Source: an uncultured cyanobacterium
GTDB taxonomy: Bacteria > Cyanobacteriota > Cyanobacteriia > Cyanobacteriales > CAWUOF01
NCBI GenBank assembly: GCA_963744145.1
Contig: CAVUSO010000001.1
Coordinates: 3,040,001-3,104,000 of the forward strand
Reading direction: 5' to 3'
Length of the DNA stretch: 64,000 bases
Shown here: piece after piece, positions 8,969 to 19,329 of the stretch
Numbering within the stretch: the first letter of the stretch is position 1
Layout of the letters: each line of letters opens with the position of its first letter
The notes under the pieces: generated by a model
The model's database searches: none
Seen by the model: the letters and a program-made list of their open reading frames with translations, nothing else
What the model was told of the DNA's origin: nothing
Made by a program: the position numbers and the translations under genes

Positions 8969-10585
8969 TTATTCCCATTCAATCGTACCGGGTGGTTTAG
9001 AGGTGATGTCATAGACAACACGATTAACACCACGTACTTCATTCACAATCCGGTTAGAAATAATTTCTAACAGCTCATGGGGAACTTTTGCCCAGTCAGC
9101 AGTCATCCCATCTTCGCTAGTAATAAACCGTAAGACAATTGGGTAAGCGTAGGTACGCTGATCTCCCATGACACCGACACTCCGGATGGGTAGTAAGACA
9201 GCAAAAGCTTGCCAAAGTTGCTTATATAGATCGTGACGGTTAATTTCTTGACGAACGATAAAGTCAGCTTCTCGGAGAATTGCTAATTTTTCCGCAGTCA
9301 CTTCTCCTAAAATCCGAATCGCTAAACCTGGTCCGGGGAAAGGATGTCGCTGCACGATTTCTTCTGGTAACCCAATAGAACGACCGACTTGACGAACTTC
9401 ATCTTTAAACAGTTTACGCAAAGGTTCGATCAGATGAAAACGTAAATCTTTGGGTAAACCACCAACATTATGGTGACTTTTAATTTTGACTGCTACTCTC
9501 TCTCCAGTTTTTGGATCGACATTAGGATTAGCTGATTCAATTACATCTGGGTAAAGAGTACCTTGAGCTAAATAATTAAATGGGCCAAGGCGTTTGGATT
9601 CTTCTTCAAATACACGAATAAATTCATGCCCGATCCGATGACGTTTTTCTTCGGGATCAGTTACTCCAGCGATCGCATTCAGGAAACGTTCCTGTGCATC
9701 AACATAAGCGACGGGGATATGAAATTGTTCATGAAATAATTTCACTAATCTTTCTGGTTCATTTTTCCGCATGAAACCTTGATCAATGAACATACAGGTG
9801 AGCTGATCGCCGATCGCTTTATATAGTAAAAAAGCCAAAGTTGAGGAATCGACACCACCAGAAAGTGCTAACAGTACGCGTTTGTCACCAACATTAGCAC
9901 GAATTTCCCGAATGGCTTCTTCTACAAAAGCTGCGGTAGTCCAGGTTGGTTCGCAATCACAGATATGGTAGATAAAGTTGCGGATCAGAGCAATTCCACC
10001 AATCGAATGGACTACTTCGGGATGGAATTGGACTCCATAAAATTGTTTTTCGTGATTAGCGATCGCTGCACAAGGGGTATTATCTGTATGAGCTAGGATT
10101 TCAAACCCAGGTGGAAGTTGCTCACAGGAGTCTCCATGACTCATCCACATGGTTGTACCTGCTTCCACATTAGTCAATAAATCGGTAGGATCATCAATTA
10201 ATAAAGATGCTTTTCCATATTCAGCTTTTTGAGCTGAGACTACTTTTCCCCCTAACTGTTGGACCATCAGTTGCATCCCATAACAGACTCCTAGGATGGG
10301 AATACCCAAGTCCCAAATTTCTGGATCGCTAGTGGGAGCTCCGGGATCATAAACTGAATTTGGACCACCAGAGAGAATTATCCCTTTTGGGTTGATTTCT
10401 CTTAGTTGTGCTGCGGTAGTCCGATAGGAGATTACTTCGGAATAAACTTGAGTTTCTCGAATCCGACGTGCAATTAGTTCGGAGTATTGGGAACCAAAGT
10501 CGAGAACGACGACTTGTTGACGTTTTCCTGTTTCTAAGGATGTAGATGGTTGGGTTGGTTTGCTCTGTAGTATCACTTCAATCAA
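8969..10585 (-). CDS. guaA: GMP synthase (glutamine-hydrolysing)
   Basis: [43 protein letters not shown]. Confidence 0.98.
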   Translation of the reverse strand: MIEVILQSKPTQPSTSLETGKRQQVVVLDFGSQYSELIARRIRETQVYSEVISYRTTAAQLREINPKGIILSGGPNSVYDPGAPTSDPEIWDLGIPILGVCYGMQLMVQQLGGKVVSAQKAEYGKASLLIDDPTDLLTNVEAGTTMWMSHGDSCEQLPPGFEILAHTDNTPCAAIANHEKQFYGVQFHPEVVHSIGGIALIRNFIYHICDCEPTWTTAAFVEEAIREIRANVGDKRVLLALSGGVDSSTLAFLLYKAIGDQLTCMFIDQGFMRKNEPERLVKLFHEQFHIPVAYVDAQERFLNAIAGVTDPEEKRHRIGHEFIRVFEEESKRLGPFNYLAQGTLYPDVIESANPNVDPKTGERVAVKIKSHHNVGGLPKDLRFHLIEPLRKLFKDEVRQVGRSIGLPEEIVQRHPFPGPGLAIRILGEVTAEKLAILREADFIVRQEINRHDLYKQLWQAFAVLLPIRSVGVMGDQRTYAYPIVLRFITSEDGMTADWAKVPHELLEIISNRIVNEVRGVNRVVYDITSKPPGTIEWE

Positions 10586-10672
10586 TCCAAAATACAGTTT
10601 GCCGATAAAGATAGATGGATGTTAAACTAGTTGGTGCAGATATTCTTACCACTGTTAAGAAGCGAGATTTCA

Positions 10673-11839
10673 TCAGTTTTGACAGATTGTTTGTTGACCA
10701 TAACACAATTTTTCTAATAATGTTACAGCAATTTTACTTTTGACAATAATTTGCCGATCGCGATCAAATAAAATTGACCCAACTTGGATATTTTCCTGTT
10801 GCTTTGATGGGATATGTGTGTGAAGATAAGCTTGAGTACGTTGGTCAATCTGGTCAGCAATGACCTGATAAATTTGCTTGACCCAATCTGTCTGATTTGT
10901 TGCATCTAACTGACGCAGATATTGTAAAGCATCTTCGGCTGTAGCGAGTGCCAATATTGCTTGTAAATCTGGATTTGGTAATCCAACTTTGGCACAATAA
11001 GCGGTGAAAATTTCGATTCTTCCATCTGCTATATAATGATGGGTGTGAAAAATTCCCCCTGCTAATTTAATCAACTTCCCATGATACCCAAATAATAAGA
11101 TTGATTTAACTTGCTGATTCGCAGCTTCAACCAGTAATGGACCTAACCAATTAGCGGTTTTTACCAAGCGGACTGGATTAATTCCTAATTTGGTCGCTAA
11201 ATCTAAACCATTTTCACCAATACAAAATACTAACCCATCAAAATATGCTGCTTTGGATTGTAATTGTTCCCGAAATATTTCTAATTGTCCCAGGGAACTT
11301 AACGGTTGAGAAATTCCTGTAGTTCCTAACAAAGAAAGTCCCTCGACCACTCCAAAAGCAGCATTAGATGTTCTGGTGGCTAATCGTCTTCCTTCTGGCA
11401 AAATAATTGTTACAGCAATCTTTTCTTCTGGTGACAATAAACGGTGCAGATTCTGAGCTAAAATATTTTGGGCATAGGCATAAATAGCTGGTTTTCCTGC
11501 TTGATTGATTAACTTACCAATACCTTCTCCTCCTTGGATGAGAATCTGTTCTGTTTCGACTGGTTGTGGTTCTTGCCATTCTACTATTACCCAAATCTGC
11601 ATATCATTAGTTAAATCTAGATTATCACCAGGATCGCTTCGGGTAATAGCTAAAGCGGCATTTTTTTTGATCAACGCTACCTGCTCAATCGTAATTTCAG
11701 CGTTTTCCGGTGGATTGATTAAATCGACCCAAACAGATGTTAAAATTTCTCCATCATGCAAACATCTCCAAGCAGCGATCGCCGCAGCACAGGCAAAAAC
11801 TGGTAGGGTATATCCAGATTGAGGTGAGGCAATTGACAT
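10673..11839 (-). CDS. cbiD: Cobalt-precorrin-5B C1-methyltransferase
   Basis: SGYTLPVFACAAA, DPGDNLDLT, GLSLLGTTGI, GKLIKLAGGIFHTH. Confidence 0.95.
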   Translation of the reverse strand: MSIASPQSGYTLPVFACAAAIAAWRCLHDGEILTSVWVDLINPPENAEITIEQVALIKKNAALAITRSDPGDNLDLTNDMQIWVIVEWQEPQPVETEQILIQGGEGIGKLINQAGKPAIYAYAQNILAQNLHRLLSPEEKIAVTIILPEGRRLATRTSNAAFGVVEGLSLLGTTGISQPLSSLGQLEIFREQLQSKAAYFDGLVFCIGENGLDLATKLGINPVRLVKTANWLGPLLVEAANQQVKSILLFGYHGKLIKLAGGIFHTHHYIADGRIEIFTAYCAKVGLPNPDLQAILALATAEDALQYLRQLDATNQTDWVKQIYQVIADQIDQRTQAYLHTHIPSKQQENIQVGSILFDRDRQIIVKSKIAVTLLEKLCYGQQTICQN

Positions 11840-11885
11840 TTTATGGTAATTATATATAAATTTACTTTTTGCTCAAGATCATATA

Positions 11886-12861
11886 ATGGCACAATTGACA
11901 GGCAAAATCGCATTAGTTACAGGTGCAACTAGAGGAATTGGTAGAGGAATTGCGATCGGGTTAGGTGAAGCAGGTGCAACAGTTTATATTACTGGTCGTA
12001 CCCTGGAATCATCTGATCATAAACAGGGGATGTCCGGAAGTCTCAAGGAAACCCAATTAGCAGTTGAGTCCGTGGGTGGGGGATGTATTCCTGTCGTCGT
12101 CGATCACAGTAACGATGAGCAAGTCCGTTTACTATTTGAGCAGATTCAAGCTGAACAAGGACAACTTGATATTTTAGTTAATAATGCTTATTCAGGAGTT
12201 CAGACATTAAGGGATAATTTTGGCAAACCTTTCTGGGAATGTGAACCTAGTTTTTGGGATGCTGGTAATAATGTTGGTCTGCGTAGTCATTATATTGCCA
12301 GTGTTTTCGCAGCAAAAATGATGGTTCCCTGTCAGCAAGGACTAATTTGTACTATTTCTTCTTGGGGTGGGATGTCCTATATTTTTAGTGTTCCCTATAG
12401 TGTGGGAAAATGTGCTGGCGATCGGTTAGCCGCAGATTCTGGCAATTGAACTAAAATCCCATCAAATTACTTCCCTGTCAATTTGGCCAGGAATTGTGGG
12501 GACTGAACATATTAAGCAGTTAGCTGAAGAAATTAATCAAGATGATCCCGAGCCAAAAAACACAGTCATGAAAGAACATTTCAACTGGGAAACTCCCTTA
12601 TTTACCGGACGGGTAATTGCAGCACTAGCTGCTGAAGAGCAGGTGATCCAGCGGACTGGTCGAGTGCAAATTGTGGCAGAATTAGCCCAAGAGTATGGAT
12701 TAGTCGATGAAAATGGCGATCGTCCGGTATCCCTACGTTCTCTACGTTTTATTTTGGTTGGGGCTTTTCCTGGACTGAAAAAATATGCTGGACTTATCCC
12801 AGATCTTAAGATACCCTGGTGGTTATTAATTTTGCAAAGATTACCATCACCGAAAATTTAA
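11886..12861 (+). pseudogene. SDR oxidoreductase (DHRS1-like) with a +1 frameshift, or a sequencing error
   Basis: TGATRGIG, LVNNA, YSVGK; removing one base at ~12438 joins both ORFs into 324 aa (ADLAIELK..SIWPGIVGTE). Confidence 0.85.
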
Positions 12862-12892
12862 TTGGTTAGATGATAAATAATTAAGCAGAAGA

Positions 12893-12987
12893 AGGGTAAA
12901 GCATTCGGGTATAATATTGCTGCCCTTCGACTACGCTCAGGGTAAAATTTGATCGCTCAATTGTCGCCAGAGATGCTTCACCCCTAC
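12893..12987. repeat. REP doublet (AAGCATTCGG...ATGCTTCACCCCTAC) with nested CCCTTCGACTACGCTCAGGG hairpin
   Basis: Degenerate copy of the REP pair seen at 35588-35655. Confidence 0.65.
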
Positions 12988-13010
12988 ACTAATCTACCAA
13001 GCTAAAAATT

Positions 13011-15185
13011 ATGTTATCCCAAAACTTTCAAACATCCCATACCCAACTTGCTCATACTGGTGACCAATTTTTACAGTATCTGCAAGAACTCCTGACCGAA
13101 AGAGTTAGTCAGGGTAATCCCACGGAGGAACTACAGAAGATTGGAGACAATCTGAGTAAAACTCTGACTGCTTTGAAGGAACAAAAATATCAAGTAGCTG
13201 TAATTGCTGCAATGAAAGCAGGTAAAAGTACCTTTCTCAATGCGATCGTCGGTGCTGATGTCCTTGCGAGTGAATCGGAATCTTGTACAGTTTGTCGAAC
13301 TGATATCTATCCCATTGATGCTAATGCTACTCCCAGGTTGTTGGAATATCAAGCAGGAATAAAACAACCCATCGAATTAGCAGTGGGAGATGATGGTTTA
13401 ATTAAAGAAAGATTTTTAGCCCGGACCAGGGAAATTCGGGCAACAGCTAATCGCGATCGCACGACTAGATTTGAGCTGGAGCATTATATTGCTGGGTTGA
13501 GTGAGATTCCGGCTTTAGCAGGGTTTGCTTTTGTAGATACTCCCGGACCAAATGAATGGGAATCAACTAATTTTGATACTACTGTCCTGAAACAGACTAC
13601 TTTAGAAGCTTTGCGAACTTGCGATGCAATTTTGTTTATTTTAGATTATTCAGATTTCAAAGACAATACTAATTCAGAATTACTAGAACTGTTTAAACAA
13701 CGAGGGGACTTGATTGCACTCAACGCTGGAAAAACCTTCTTTATTCTCAATAAAATTGATCGTAAAGCTGCGAGCGATCGGGCGATCGCTGATGTAATTA
13801 ATGATTTAGAACAAGCGTTGATTAGTTTTGGAATACCCAATCCCGTCGTTTATCCTGCTAGTGCTTGGCAAGGATTATTAGCAAAATTACTGCTATCTGG
13901 GGCTGCAACTAAGGAACATAAAGAAGATTTTAAAAACTTCTTCTTAGCTCGATATATTGAAGAAGATGAAGAGGGAGAACCCCGAATTCCTAAAATTGCT
14001 GAAATTGCACCCAAAGCTTTAGAAAATAGTCATATTCCGGTGATTGAAGAGTCAGTGATTAAAACAGTAGTTCAGTATTCTGGTTGGAATCTACTTAATG
14101 GGATTTTGGCTAAAATTGAGAACACTGGTCACACAGTTGCAAATCTGCTCAATACCGAAATTAAAGGATGGGAAACAGAAATTGAAACCCTCAAATATAC
14201 AGTAGAAAATTATCATCAACGCGCTCAAGTAGCGAAAGCACAGGTAGAAATTGTCAAAATGTCAGCGGAAGAACAAAAACAGCAACTAATTGAAGCATTT
14301 AGTCAGAAAGTCGCCCAATTTGCTCAGACTTGTAAAGAAAAGACACAGCAAGAAATTGAGCAAGTGATTAATGATAAATCGACCACAGTAACAACTCAAT
14401 CAGAGCAGTCTTTATTAAATGCTTTGAAAAGAGAATTTGCCACTATTTTTGCATCTCCTCGGGCTGAAGCTGATAAAATTCGAGTCAATAATAACGAAGA
14501 TGCTAAGAAAATTGGACAGTTAATTAATGGATACTTCCCACCGATAATTCAGAGTTTTTGGTTGGATATCCAAGATCAGCTAGTTCGGAATGGGACAGAA
14601 ATTAGAACCCAAATCGTGCAAAAAATTCAGCAGAGTATCCAAACTATCTCTGACGAATTATCTGAATATATTGGTCAAACCTTGAATGTGGATCTTCATT
14701 ATAGTGAAATTCAATTTCCCGAATTTCAATTTGCAGGAATTGATGCTCAAATTGCCAAACAACAAGAAGTTTTTGAGCGAAACAGAAAGGAAATGAGAAG
14801 TGAACCGCGTTGTTGTCGATCGGAACGAGTGTATGAAATTGATATTCCCTACCAAGAGGTCGTCCCTTATTATGAAATTGATTTACGAGCAACTCAGCGT
14901 CAGTTTGAATTAAAAATTGATGCTCAAGTAGCTCGAAATCAAGAATTGTTAAAAAGAGTTGTGGAAAAGCAAGTTGGGGAAGATTTCAAAAATGCAGCAC
15001 AACAAATTAATGATTACATTAGCCAATTTCAATCGGAACTTGACAATTTATTGCAAAAACGGGAAAGTCGAGAACTGGAATCTCTTCAGGTGCGAGCAAA
15101 GATTCAAGAGGAACACTATGAGCTTAATCAAATTTTGCAGAAATTAACAACTATTAAAACCGACCTAGAGTCCTGGAAACCATGA
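13011..15185 (+). CDS. Bacterial dynamin-like GTPase
   Basis: G1 AAMKAGKST, G3 DTPG, G4 NKID, long helical C-terminus. Confidence 0.9.
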   Translation: MLSQNFQTSHTQLAHTGDQFLQYLQELLTERVSQGNPTEELQKIGDNLSKTLTALKEQKYQVAVIAAMKAGKSTFLNAIVGADVLASESESCTVCRTDIYPIDANATPRLLEYQAGIKQPIELAVGDDGLIKERFLARTREIRATANRDRTTRFELEHYIAGLSEIPALAGFAFVDTPGPNEWESTNFDTTVLKQTTLEALRTCDAILFILDYSDFKDNTNSELLELFKQRGDLIALNAGKTFFILNKIDRKAASDRAIADVINDLEQALISFGIPNPVVYPASAWQGLLAKLLLSGAATKEHKEDFKNFFLARYIEEDEEGEPRIPKIAEIAPKALENSHIPVIEESVIKTVVQYSGWNLLNGILAKIENTGHTVANLLNTEIKGWETEIETLKYTVENYHQRAQVAKAQVEIVKMSAEEQKQQLIEAFSQKVAQFAQTCKEKTQQEIEQVINDKSTTVTTQSEQSLLNALKREFATIFASPRAEADKIRVNNNEDAKKIGQLINGYFPPIIQSFWLDIQDQLVRNGTEIRTQIVQKIQQSIQTISDELSEYIGQTLNVDLHYSEIQFPEFQFAGIDAQIAKQQEVFERNRKEMRSEPRCCRSERVYEIDIPYQEVVPYYEIDLRATQRQFELKIDAQVARNQELLKRVVEKQVGEDFKNAAQQINDYISQFQSELDNLLQKRESRELESLQVRAKIQEEHYELNQILQKLTTIKTDLESWKP

Positions 15186-15255
15186 GGAGCAAAACTGATC
15201 ATTAGATACTTGTGGGACAGACATCTTGTCTGTCCTAATTAATTATTTTGTAAGA

Positions 15256-15600
15256 TACAGCCTATTCCAGGTTTATGAAGTTCATCAAGGTGATCTGTGG
15301 TTTCCTGGCGGGTTCATTAATACCTCGACTGCGCTCGGCACAAGGGTTATTTGTGTGTGGCAAGTTCATCGGTGAACCCGCCCCTACAGGGATTCACCAA
15401 AAAATCGATCAGGATTAGAGGATGACAAGATTAACAGGATTTGTAGGGGCAGGTTCACCAATCAATTCTGCTCCAAACAGATAACTATCATAAACCTGCC
15501 CAACCAACACAGATCACTCACAATCTCGGACAGGCAAGATGCCTGTCCCACCATTCATGCCAAATCTTACTGTACTTCATCAGCCACCGAATCCGCTGTA
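15256..15600. mobile_element. TA-flanked MITE (TACAGC...GCTGTA) filled with several REP families
   Basis: Left TACAGCCTATTCCAGGTTTATGAAGTTCA vs right (revcomp) TACAGCGGATTCGGTGGCTGATGAAGTACA; internal GTAGGGGC- and GGACAGGCAAGATG-type hairpins. Confidence 0.65.
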
Positions 15601-15635
15601 TCTATTATAGCATTTAACTATCAGGAAAATGAATT

Positions 15636-16112
15636 ATGAAAACCACAAAAAAACCTCGACTATTTACTAATAACGACACTTATCCATGTCCAGTATGTCT
15701 CAGGGGAACCATATCACCACTATTATTAATGGATGCTTTTTCCTGTGACTTTTGCAATCATATATTTACCCCAGAATTTTCGACCCAACGATTATTAATG
15801 GCTGATCGAGATCCACCTTTAGCTTGGTATTGGAATCGTCAAGGTTGGATTGGAGGACATTTAATTGGAGTTGAATTCACCTGGGTCTATTCCTTAGCAG
15901 CAATTGCTTTCGTGGTATTTCCCACCATAATTATCGGATTGGCAGTTTATTATTTTCCTCCAGCACCAAATGCACCTTTTTTTTGGTTTCCCTATATTTG
16001 GACTGGATTAACTTTTCTTTCCCATTTGAGCATCATTCTTTGGTTAATGATCGAATTTTATCAGTTTCCTGTGGGACGGTATTTGTCAATTATGCGACGT
16101 TATTTATGGTGA
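15636..16112 (+). CDS. Hypothetical membrane protein with N-terminal zinc ribbon
   Basis: CPVC...CDFCNH, two TM helices. Confidence 0.8.
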   Translation: MKTTKKPRLFTNNDTYPCPVCLRGTISPLLLMDAFSCDFCNHIFTPEFSTQRLLMADRDPPLAWYWNRQGWIGGHLIGVEFTWVYSLAAIAFVVFPTIIIGLAVYYFPPAPNAPFFWFPYIWTGLTFLSHLSIILWLMIEFYQFPVGRYLSIMRRYLW

Positions 16113-16190
16113 AATTTACTCACCTCAATGCTGAACAGGATATAATTTTCAGCAGCTACTGCTTAATTATTCATTATCTGATCTTTTGGT

Positions 16191-17447
16191 ATGACTGCGG
16201 AAATTATCTGTGTAGGAACAGAATTGCTCCTGGGAGACATCCTCAATAGCAATGCTCAATTTTTAGCCCAACAACTAGCTCAACTGGGAATTCCTCACTA
16301 CTATCAATCCGTAGTAGGAGATAATCCGGAACGGCTAAAATTGGTATTAGAACTAGCAGCATCTCGATCGCAAATCTTAATTTTCACAGGGGGACTTAGA
16401 CCAACCCCAGATGATTTGACCACAGCAACGATCGCCGATTTTTTTGGTGTCCCGCTAATTGAAGACCCAGAAATTCTTGCAGATATCACCCGTAAGTATG
16501 CAAATCGCAAACGTGAGATGTCACCGAGTAATCGGAAACAAGCATTAATCCCCCAAGGTGCCAAAATTTTACCTAATCCTACAGGTACTGCTCCTGGGAT
16601 AATTTGGCAACCCCGTTTAGATCAGCTGACCATTCTCACCTTTCCGGGAGTCCCCTCAGAAATGTATCCGATGTGGACAGAAACTGCTGTCCCTTATCTG
16701 CGGAGTCAAGGTTGGGGTCAACAAGCAATTTACAGTCGAGTTTTAAAATTCTGGGGTATTCCCGAATCCACATTAGCCGAAAAAGTAGCTGATTTTCTCA
16801 ACCTATCTAATCCTACCGTTGCTCCTTATGCAAATAAGGGTGAAGTCAAACTGCGAATTTCTGCTCGTGCTGATTCAAAAACGACAGCTGAAGCATTAAT
16901 TAGTCCAGTGGAACAACAATTGCGTCAAATCGGTGGAAGATATTGTTATGGTGCTGACGATGATACCCTCGCTTCCGTCGTTGGTCAACTGCTCATTTCC
17001 GCTAAGGAAACTCTTAGTGTAGCAGAATCTTGTACCGGTGGTGGACTGGGACAGACCCTAACCAATATCTCTGGTAGTTCTGCTTATTTTTTAGGTGGAA
17101 TCATTTCCTATGATAACCAAGTCAAAATCTCCTTATTAGATGTTAGTCCCACAGATTTGGACCAATATGGAGCAGTTTCCGCTCAAGTAGCTAAACAAAT
17201 GGCTCTTGGAGTGCGATCGCGACTCTCTGCTTCCTGGGGTTTAAGCATCACCGGAATTGCTGGACCGGGAGGTGGGACAGATACCAAACCCGTCGGTCTA
17301 GTTTATATCGGGTTAGCTAGTCCTAATGGAGCTGTAGTAGCTGTTGAGCATAAGTTTGGTGCTTTACAGGAACGTTCCTGGATTCGTCAGTTAAGCATCA
17401 CTTCTGCTCTGGACCATCTCCGCTGTCAATTACTCAACCAAAATTAG
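16191..17447 (+). CDS. cinA: Competence/damage-inducible protein CinA (MoCF-like + PncC domains)
   Basis: GTELLLGDILNSNA, AESCTGG, SITGIAGPGGG. Confidence 0.95.
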   Translation: MTAEIICVGTELLLGDILNSNAQFLAQQLAQLGIPHYYQSVVGDNPERLKLVLELAASRSQILIFTGGLRPTPDDLTTATIADFFGVPLIEDPEILADITRKYANRKREMSPSNRKQALIPQGAKILPNPTGTAPGIIWQPRLDQLTILTFPGVPSEMYPMWTETAVPYLRSQGWGQQAIYSRVLKFWGIPESTLAEKVADFLNLSNPTVAPYANKGEVKLRISARADSKTTAEALISPVEQQLRQIGGRYCYGADDDTLASVVGQLLISAKETLSVAESCTGGGLGQTLTNISGSSAYFLGGIISYDNQVKISLLDVSPTDLDQYGAVSAQVAKQMALGVRSRLSASWGLSITGIAGPGGGTDTKPVGLVYIGLASPNGAVVAVEHKFGALQERSWIRQLSITSALDHLRCQLLNQN

Positions 17448-17657
17448 ATTTTAGAAAAGACTTGATTATTTGGGAATATTAGTTATGATCAAGTATAGAT
17501 AAAAAAATCAGTCACTCGCAAATAACTCGCTTTAATATTTTTTTTAGATAAATATGACAAGCGAAAAGTTAAGTTGATGTAAAATACGTCTTACCTAATC
17601 GGCACTTTAGACTTTTAGGTAGGTTCAATAAGCTATATCAAAGGAGCTAGAGTTTCA

Positions 17658-17795
17658 ATGGACTACATTGACGTAGTATGGGAAAAGGTGAAAGAATGGG
17701 CTCGGAAGCTGATTGAAGCACTGTTGGGACCAGAATCTGAACCAGAACCCGAACTAATTCCAATCCCTGTGAACGATCGCCAAAATCATCGGTAA
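17658..17795 (+). CDS. Small 45-aa protein missing from the ORF track
   Basis: AAGGAG upstream; MDYIDVVWEKVKEWARKLIEALLGPESEPEPELIPIPVNDRQNHR*. Confidence 0.7.
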   Translation: MDYIDVVWEKVKEWARKLIEALLGPESEPEPELIPIPVNDRQNHR

Positions 17796-17824
17796 AATCT
17801 AGAACTTCTTTGGGAATGTAGCAC

Positions 17825-18268
17825 TTGTTAAGTATTTTGGTACTGCATGGACCAAACTTGAATCTCTTGGGGAAAAGAGAACCTGGTATATATGGTCAGC
17901 AAAGTTTAGCGGATATAAACAGCTTACTAGCTCAAGAGAGCCAAAAGCTAACCGTGAAAATATCAGAGTTGCAATCCAACCATGAAGGAGTTTTAATCGA
18001 TGCAATTCATGGTGCACTCGGAGTTCACCAAGGAATATTAATTAATGCTGGCGCTTATACCCATACCAGTGTAGCTCTTGGAGATGCGATCGCGGCGGTG
18101 AATATCCCCACCGTCGAGGTACATTTGAGTAATATATATAAGCGAGAAACTTTTCGCCATCACTCCTACCTTGCTCCAGTAGTAATTGGGCAAATTAGTG
18201 GTTTTGGTGCAGAAAGTTATCGTTTGGGTCTCCAAGCTTTAACCAATTATCTCAACCAAAACCGCTAA
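17825..18268 (+). CDS. aroQ: Type II 3-dehydroquinate dehydratase
   Basis: [31 protein letters not shown]. Confidence 0.97.
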   Translation: MLSILVLHGPNLNLLGKREPGIYGQQSLADINSLLAQESQKLTVKISELQSNHEGVLIDAIHGALGVHQGILINAGAYTHTSVALGDAIAAVNIPTVEVHLSNIYKRETFRHHSYLAPVVIGQISGFGAESYRLGLQALTNYLNQNR

Positions 18269-18285
18269 AATTCCCGAATCACTAA

Positions 18286-19272
18286 ATGCAATACTCCCTG
18301 TTTAACCGGTTTCGTGGAGCTTTGGTGGGAGCGATCATGGGAGAGGTTTTTGGTGCTTATGTGCAAAAACAATCCCCGAGTCAAAAACTAAATTGGCGAT
18401 CGCGTCAACAATTACCTCGAAATTTCAACTGGGCTTTCCCATCTGGACCAGAATTAAGCAACGAGAGCCAAAATAATCCACCAAAATGGGCAACTTGGCA
18501 CCTAGAAAGCTTGATTCGTCAAGGAATTTTGACGACAAAACCAGCCGAAAAGTTATTCATCACACCATCTAGTCTGAATTCGCGGACAGATATTACCTAT
18601 GAACATAGTGTCATAACTTGGGTGCCAATTGCACTCTTTTTTCATGAGCAGCAGGGAAAATTACAGGAAAATTTAATCCAAGTGATTGAAGGTGAAAAAT
18701 TAAAGATTGTTTTAATAATTGCCCGAGCGATCGGCTGGGCGTTACAAGGGAAACTAGAGCCAGAAAAATTAATTAGAGAAATTATTAACGAGCTACAATC
18801 TGAGCATAATCAGGAAAAATCAGACAGTTTGATCCAGCAACTAGAGCAAGTAGAGAGATTAATTCAGCAAAATGCTGGAATAGAAATGGTGGAAAGGAGC
18901 ATCTGGTCTGCGGATCAGATCACCCCAGTAGCTGTAGCATTGTATTGTTTTCTCAGTACCCCAACAGACTTTCGTCTGTCTGTAATTCGAGCAAGTCGAA
19001 TTGGGAATGAACCTCAATTAACCTGTGCGATCGCCGCAGTTTTATCAGGAACATACAATGGTATTACGGGTATTCCCCTATCCTGGCGCTTGACTTTAAA
19101 TCGAAAAAATGCTATTAATTCCCTGCTAAAATCAATATGGGGCATAAATTCAGGGACAGAGATCGAAACCTTAAGCGATCGCTTGCTAAGTGCTTGGGTA
19201 GGAATTTATCACCCCAATAGTCCGATCGACCCTCACCTCCTCCAAACAATTACAGCACCACAAGTAAGGTAG
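18286..19272 (+). CDS. ADP-ribosylglycohydrolase-fold protein (degenerate)
   Basis: RFRGALVGAIMGE, LSGTYNGITGIPLSW; acidic catalytic motifs not evident. Confidence 0.75.
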   Translation: MQYSLFNRFRGALVGAIMGEVFGAYVQKQSPSQKLNWRSRQQLPRNFNWAFPSGPELSNESQNNPPKWATWHLESLIRQGILTTKPAEKLFITPSSLNSRTDITYEHSVITWVPIALFFHEQQGKLQENLIQVIEGEKLKIVLIIARAIGWALQGKLEPEKLIREIINELQSEHNQEKSDSLIQQLEQVERLIQQNAGIEMVERSIWSADQITPVAVALYCFLSTPTDFRLSVIRASRIGNEPQLTCAIAAVLSGTYNGITGIPLSWRLTLNRKNAINSLLKSIWGINSGTEIETLSDRLLSAWVGIYHPNSPIDPHLLQTITAPQVR

Positions 19273-19329
19273 AAGGAACATTGATGCCCAAAGAAGGGTA
19301 TGATCAGGGTGATTTGGGTAGGTGAAAGT

